A stretch of 64,000 nucleotides of DNA from a phage, in the NCBI GenBank assembly GCA_018175275.1, contig GCA_018175275.1_4531.1. One strand, 5' to 3'. The position numbers and the translations under genes are program-made. Below, piece after piece: positions 62,111-64,000 of this stretch; positions within the stretch are counted from its first letter, which is position 1; every line of letters starts with the position of its first letter. Under the pieces are notes generated by a model that made no database searches, was not told where the DNA came from, and saw only the letters and a program-made list of their open reading frames with translations.

Positions 62111-62338
62111 TCAGATTAATTCATCCAGGCACAACAAGCGATCAACGTTGAGATCGGTTAGGCTGATGGTTGGCACCTGGTAGGATTCGATGTACTCGAC
62201 GCTCGCATATTCTCCAAAATTAGCAATAGCCCACTTATTCAAGATCTCACATACATCATTAATCTTTTTGTTTGTTACAACTGCTACAACCTGGGAACTG
62301 CCAACGGTGCCGGATACACGAACAATATTGATAGCCAT
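62111..62338 (-). CDS. hypothetical protein
   Basis: 75-aa ORF beginning MAINI. Confidence 0.5.
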   Translation of the reverse strand: MAINIVRVSGTVGSSQVVAVVTNKKINDVCEILNKWAIANFGEYASVEYIESYQVPTISLTDLNVDRLLCLDELI

Positions 62339-62357
62339 AATCTTTAATCTCTCTGCT

Positions 62358-62423
62358 GTGAGCGGGAAACCATTTCCCGCTCTCTATGTAATACAGTTTA
62401 CTCTTTTTATTCGTGCTGTCAAT
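62358..62423 (-). promoter_or_regulatory. PeSL-like cassette
   Basis: TTGACA then GAGCGGGAAATGGTTTCCCGCTCAC. Confidence 0.55.
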
Positions 62424-62428
62424 GCTTT

Positions 62429-62794
62429 TTATAAATCTTTTTTACGTTTAACATCGCTCGCATGACTGTATACAGTGATCCCATTATCACGGCAAAAACG
62501 GGAAAGATACGCGCCGCGTGAAAACTCTTTACCTTCCATATTAATAACCTTGCTAAATTCTTCCAGGGCGACGGTATCAAAATGATCACCATAACCATAT
62601 TGAAACGGAACGTTAACCACCTCGATCAGTTTACCGCCGATCTCAACGTCAACCATTAAAGAAAAATATGTGTTACCGTAGGACTGTTGAAACCAACGAC
62701 GGGCGCTAATATGCACCGCCTCAATGCTGGATAGTTCAATTTTAGCCGTGTCAGCCAGGGTAGCATAAGAGGAAACATTGATATTAATAGCCAT
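62429..62794 (-). CDS. hypothetical protein
   Basis: 121-aa ORF beginning MAINI. Confidence 0.55.
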   Translation of the reverse strand: MAININVSSYATLADTAKIELSSIEAVHISARRWFQQSYGNTYFSLMVDVEIGGKLIEVVNVPFQYGYGDHFDTVALEEFSKVINMEGKEFSRGAYLSRFCRDNGITVYSHASDVKRKKDL

Positions 62795-62804
62795 GATATT
62801 ACTC

Positions 62805-62862
62805 TCTTTTTTGGTTAGTGGGAAGTATTCCCGATAAAAGTTATTATGCTTATACTATCACT
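62805..62862 (-). promoter_or_regulatory. PeSL-like cassette (variant stem)
   Basis: TTGACA then CGGGAATACTTCCCAC. Confidence 0.5.
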
Positions 62863-62892
62863 CATTGTCAATAGTATAAGACTAAAACTTTT

Positions 62893-63072
62893 AACGATAA
62901 TCGTTATAGGCTTTATTGACCTGGCGAATATAGCATTCAAAAGCTAGATCAATAGATTTATATTCACGGATATAATCACCATAGGAAACCACATACATTT
63001 CTATAGCTTCCTCATATGCCAGGATGATAGAATCTAAACCTATAATCTCAGTTTTTGCAATGATAGTCATGA
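62893..63072 (-). CDS. small protein (about 59 aa)
   Basis: Not in track; AAAAGG upstream; directly downstream of a PeSL. Confidence 0.4.
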
Positions 63073-63087
63073 TGTTAACCTTTTATT

Positions 63088-63149
63088 GTTGGCGGCACCA
63101 TTGCCGCCCTACGTGATAAACTATACCAGAATTTTAAACAGTGTCAACC
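63088..63149 (-). promoter_or_regulatory. PeSL-like cassette
   Basis: TTGACA then GTAGGGCGGCAATGGTGCCGCC. Confidence 0.6.
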
Positions 63150-63153
63150 GTTT

Positions 63154-63516
63154 TTATTCGTAAATTTTACCGCTTTCGGCCCATACCATAACGCGGCGCA
63201 TACTATCCCAAGTGTTTTGATCCAGGTTTAAGCCGTGCAACTCTTCGGTACTTCCCAGACCAGGTACCGCCTTGTTGTAAGTAGCATATAAGCGCCCTTG
63301 ATACTCATACGCCAGAATAAGATCCGTTTGAATCATCTTTTTAAGCATAGCATTAAGCATCATATTAGCGGCATGTTGATCACGTTTTAGCGGTAACATG
63401 TCAATAAGGGCGCGATAAGCTGAAACATGAATATCAACCGTTTCACGTGGTAAATTTTTCATATCATCGCGGAAAGATACCAGATTAAACATGATAGTAT
63501 TGATTTGCTTGCTCAT
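63154..63516 (-). CDS. hypothetical protein
   Basis: 120-aa ORF. Confidence 0.55.
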   Translation of the reverse strand: MSKQINTIMFNLVSFRDDMKNLPRETVDIHVSAYRALIDMLPLKRDQHAANMMLNAMLKKMIQTDLILAYEYQGRLYATYNKAVPGLGSTEELHGLNLDQNTWDSMRRVMVWAESGKIYE

Positions 63517-63554
63517 TGTATTGCCCTTTTTGATTTGGCGGGGAAGTATTCCGC

Positions 63555-63618
63555 CGCCTTATGTGGTACATCTTATCAGCTTATTAGCTGTTGTCAATAA
63601 TGTTTTTAGATAATTTTT
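63555..63618 (-). promoter_or_regulatory. PeSL-like cassette
   Basis: TTGACA then AAGGCGGCGGAATACTTCCCCGCC. Confidence 0.55.
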
Positions 63619-63898
63619 AACTATATGATCCGCATCGTTCGCAGTAGTGATCATCGTCGTCATCTGCCACTTGGTTGATAAAGTGATCGACCTTCGATCT
63701 CAGGTTTTTATAATTGTTCTCTACTTCCTGCAATCTTCGTTGGTAGTATTCCAGGGCTTCCACGTATGCTGATTGTTCGGTTTTAGCTTGCATAGCTAAA
63801 TTCATGCCGCGCGTCTCATCGTATAGCCAAAAACCATCAGTGCACTCACTCATTGAGAGAGTAGGGCTTAACTCTTTATGATTAATTACCTTGCTCAT
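63617..63898 (-). CDS. hypothetical protein with C-terminal CxxC
   Basis: Track ORF 63617..63931; likely start at internal Met (MSKVINHKE); ends HYCERCGSYS. Confidence 0.5.
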   Translation of the reverse strand: MSKVINHKELSPTLSMSECTDGFWLYDETRGMNLAMQAKTEQSAYVEALEYYQRRLQEVENNYKNLRSKVDHFINQVADDDDDHYCERCGSYS

Positions 63899-63934
63899 AA
63901 TGTGCGCCTTATAGAATGATTGAAATAACAATTA

Positions 63935-63992
63935 CTACAGTGATCCACACTGGAACGGCTAACAAAATAGCGTTAATCGTTCCAACCGTCAA
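63935..63992 (-). promoter_or_regulatory. promoter with different downstream hairpin
   Basis: Minus strand TTGACG-17-TATTTT followed by CAGTG-TGGAT-CACTG. Confidence 0.45.
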
Positions 63993-64000
63993 GCTATTTT

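Noticed and set aside
56361-64000. CRISPR array suggested by the regularly repeated conserved sequence
   Set aside because: The repeat units are about 60 bp, contain promoter boxes, are spaced 300-500 bp apart, and the intervening sequences are protein-coding with ribosome-binding sites.

Overview
This window reads as a contiguous segment of a T4-like (Straboviridae-type) myophage genome rather than bacterial chromosome. The evidence is dense short genes with ATGA/TAATG start-stop overlaps, sigma70-type TTGACA-N16-18-TAnnnT promoters, GC-stem/UUCG-loop terminators, and T4-like gene content. Layout: 1-600 holds two small minus-strand ORFs; 600-1070 is an AT-rich, GTAC-repeat control region. 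1074-38239 holds about 70 plus-strand genes: an RNA-repair cassette (metallophosphoesterase, Rnl1-like RNA ligase, P-loop polynucleotide kinase), a DNA ligase, three HNH homing endonucleases (one between nrdA and nrdB), an RdgC-like protein, an RNase H that lacks a canonical start codon, a DEDD exonuclease, ThyX, class I RNR NrdA/NrdB, a complete dTDP-L-rhamnose operon (rfbB-A-C-D), glutaredoxin, T4-type lysozyme, PhoH, an HslV-like peptidase, Dam-like and C5-like methyltransferases, a PPP phosphatase and a SIR2-like protein. A bidirectional terminator sits at 38242-38270. 38309-54765 holds about 55 small minus-strand genes, including a serine recombinase and a six-member paralogous family. 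54766-56360 is an ORF-free island with iterons and strand skew. 56361-64000 is an array of about 17 promoter-plus-stem-loop (PeSL-like) cassettes, each driving one or a few small ORFs. All functional calls rest on motifs read by eye in the translations; no database search or folding program was run. Coordinates of features not in the ORF track are approximate (+/- 3 nt).
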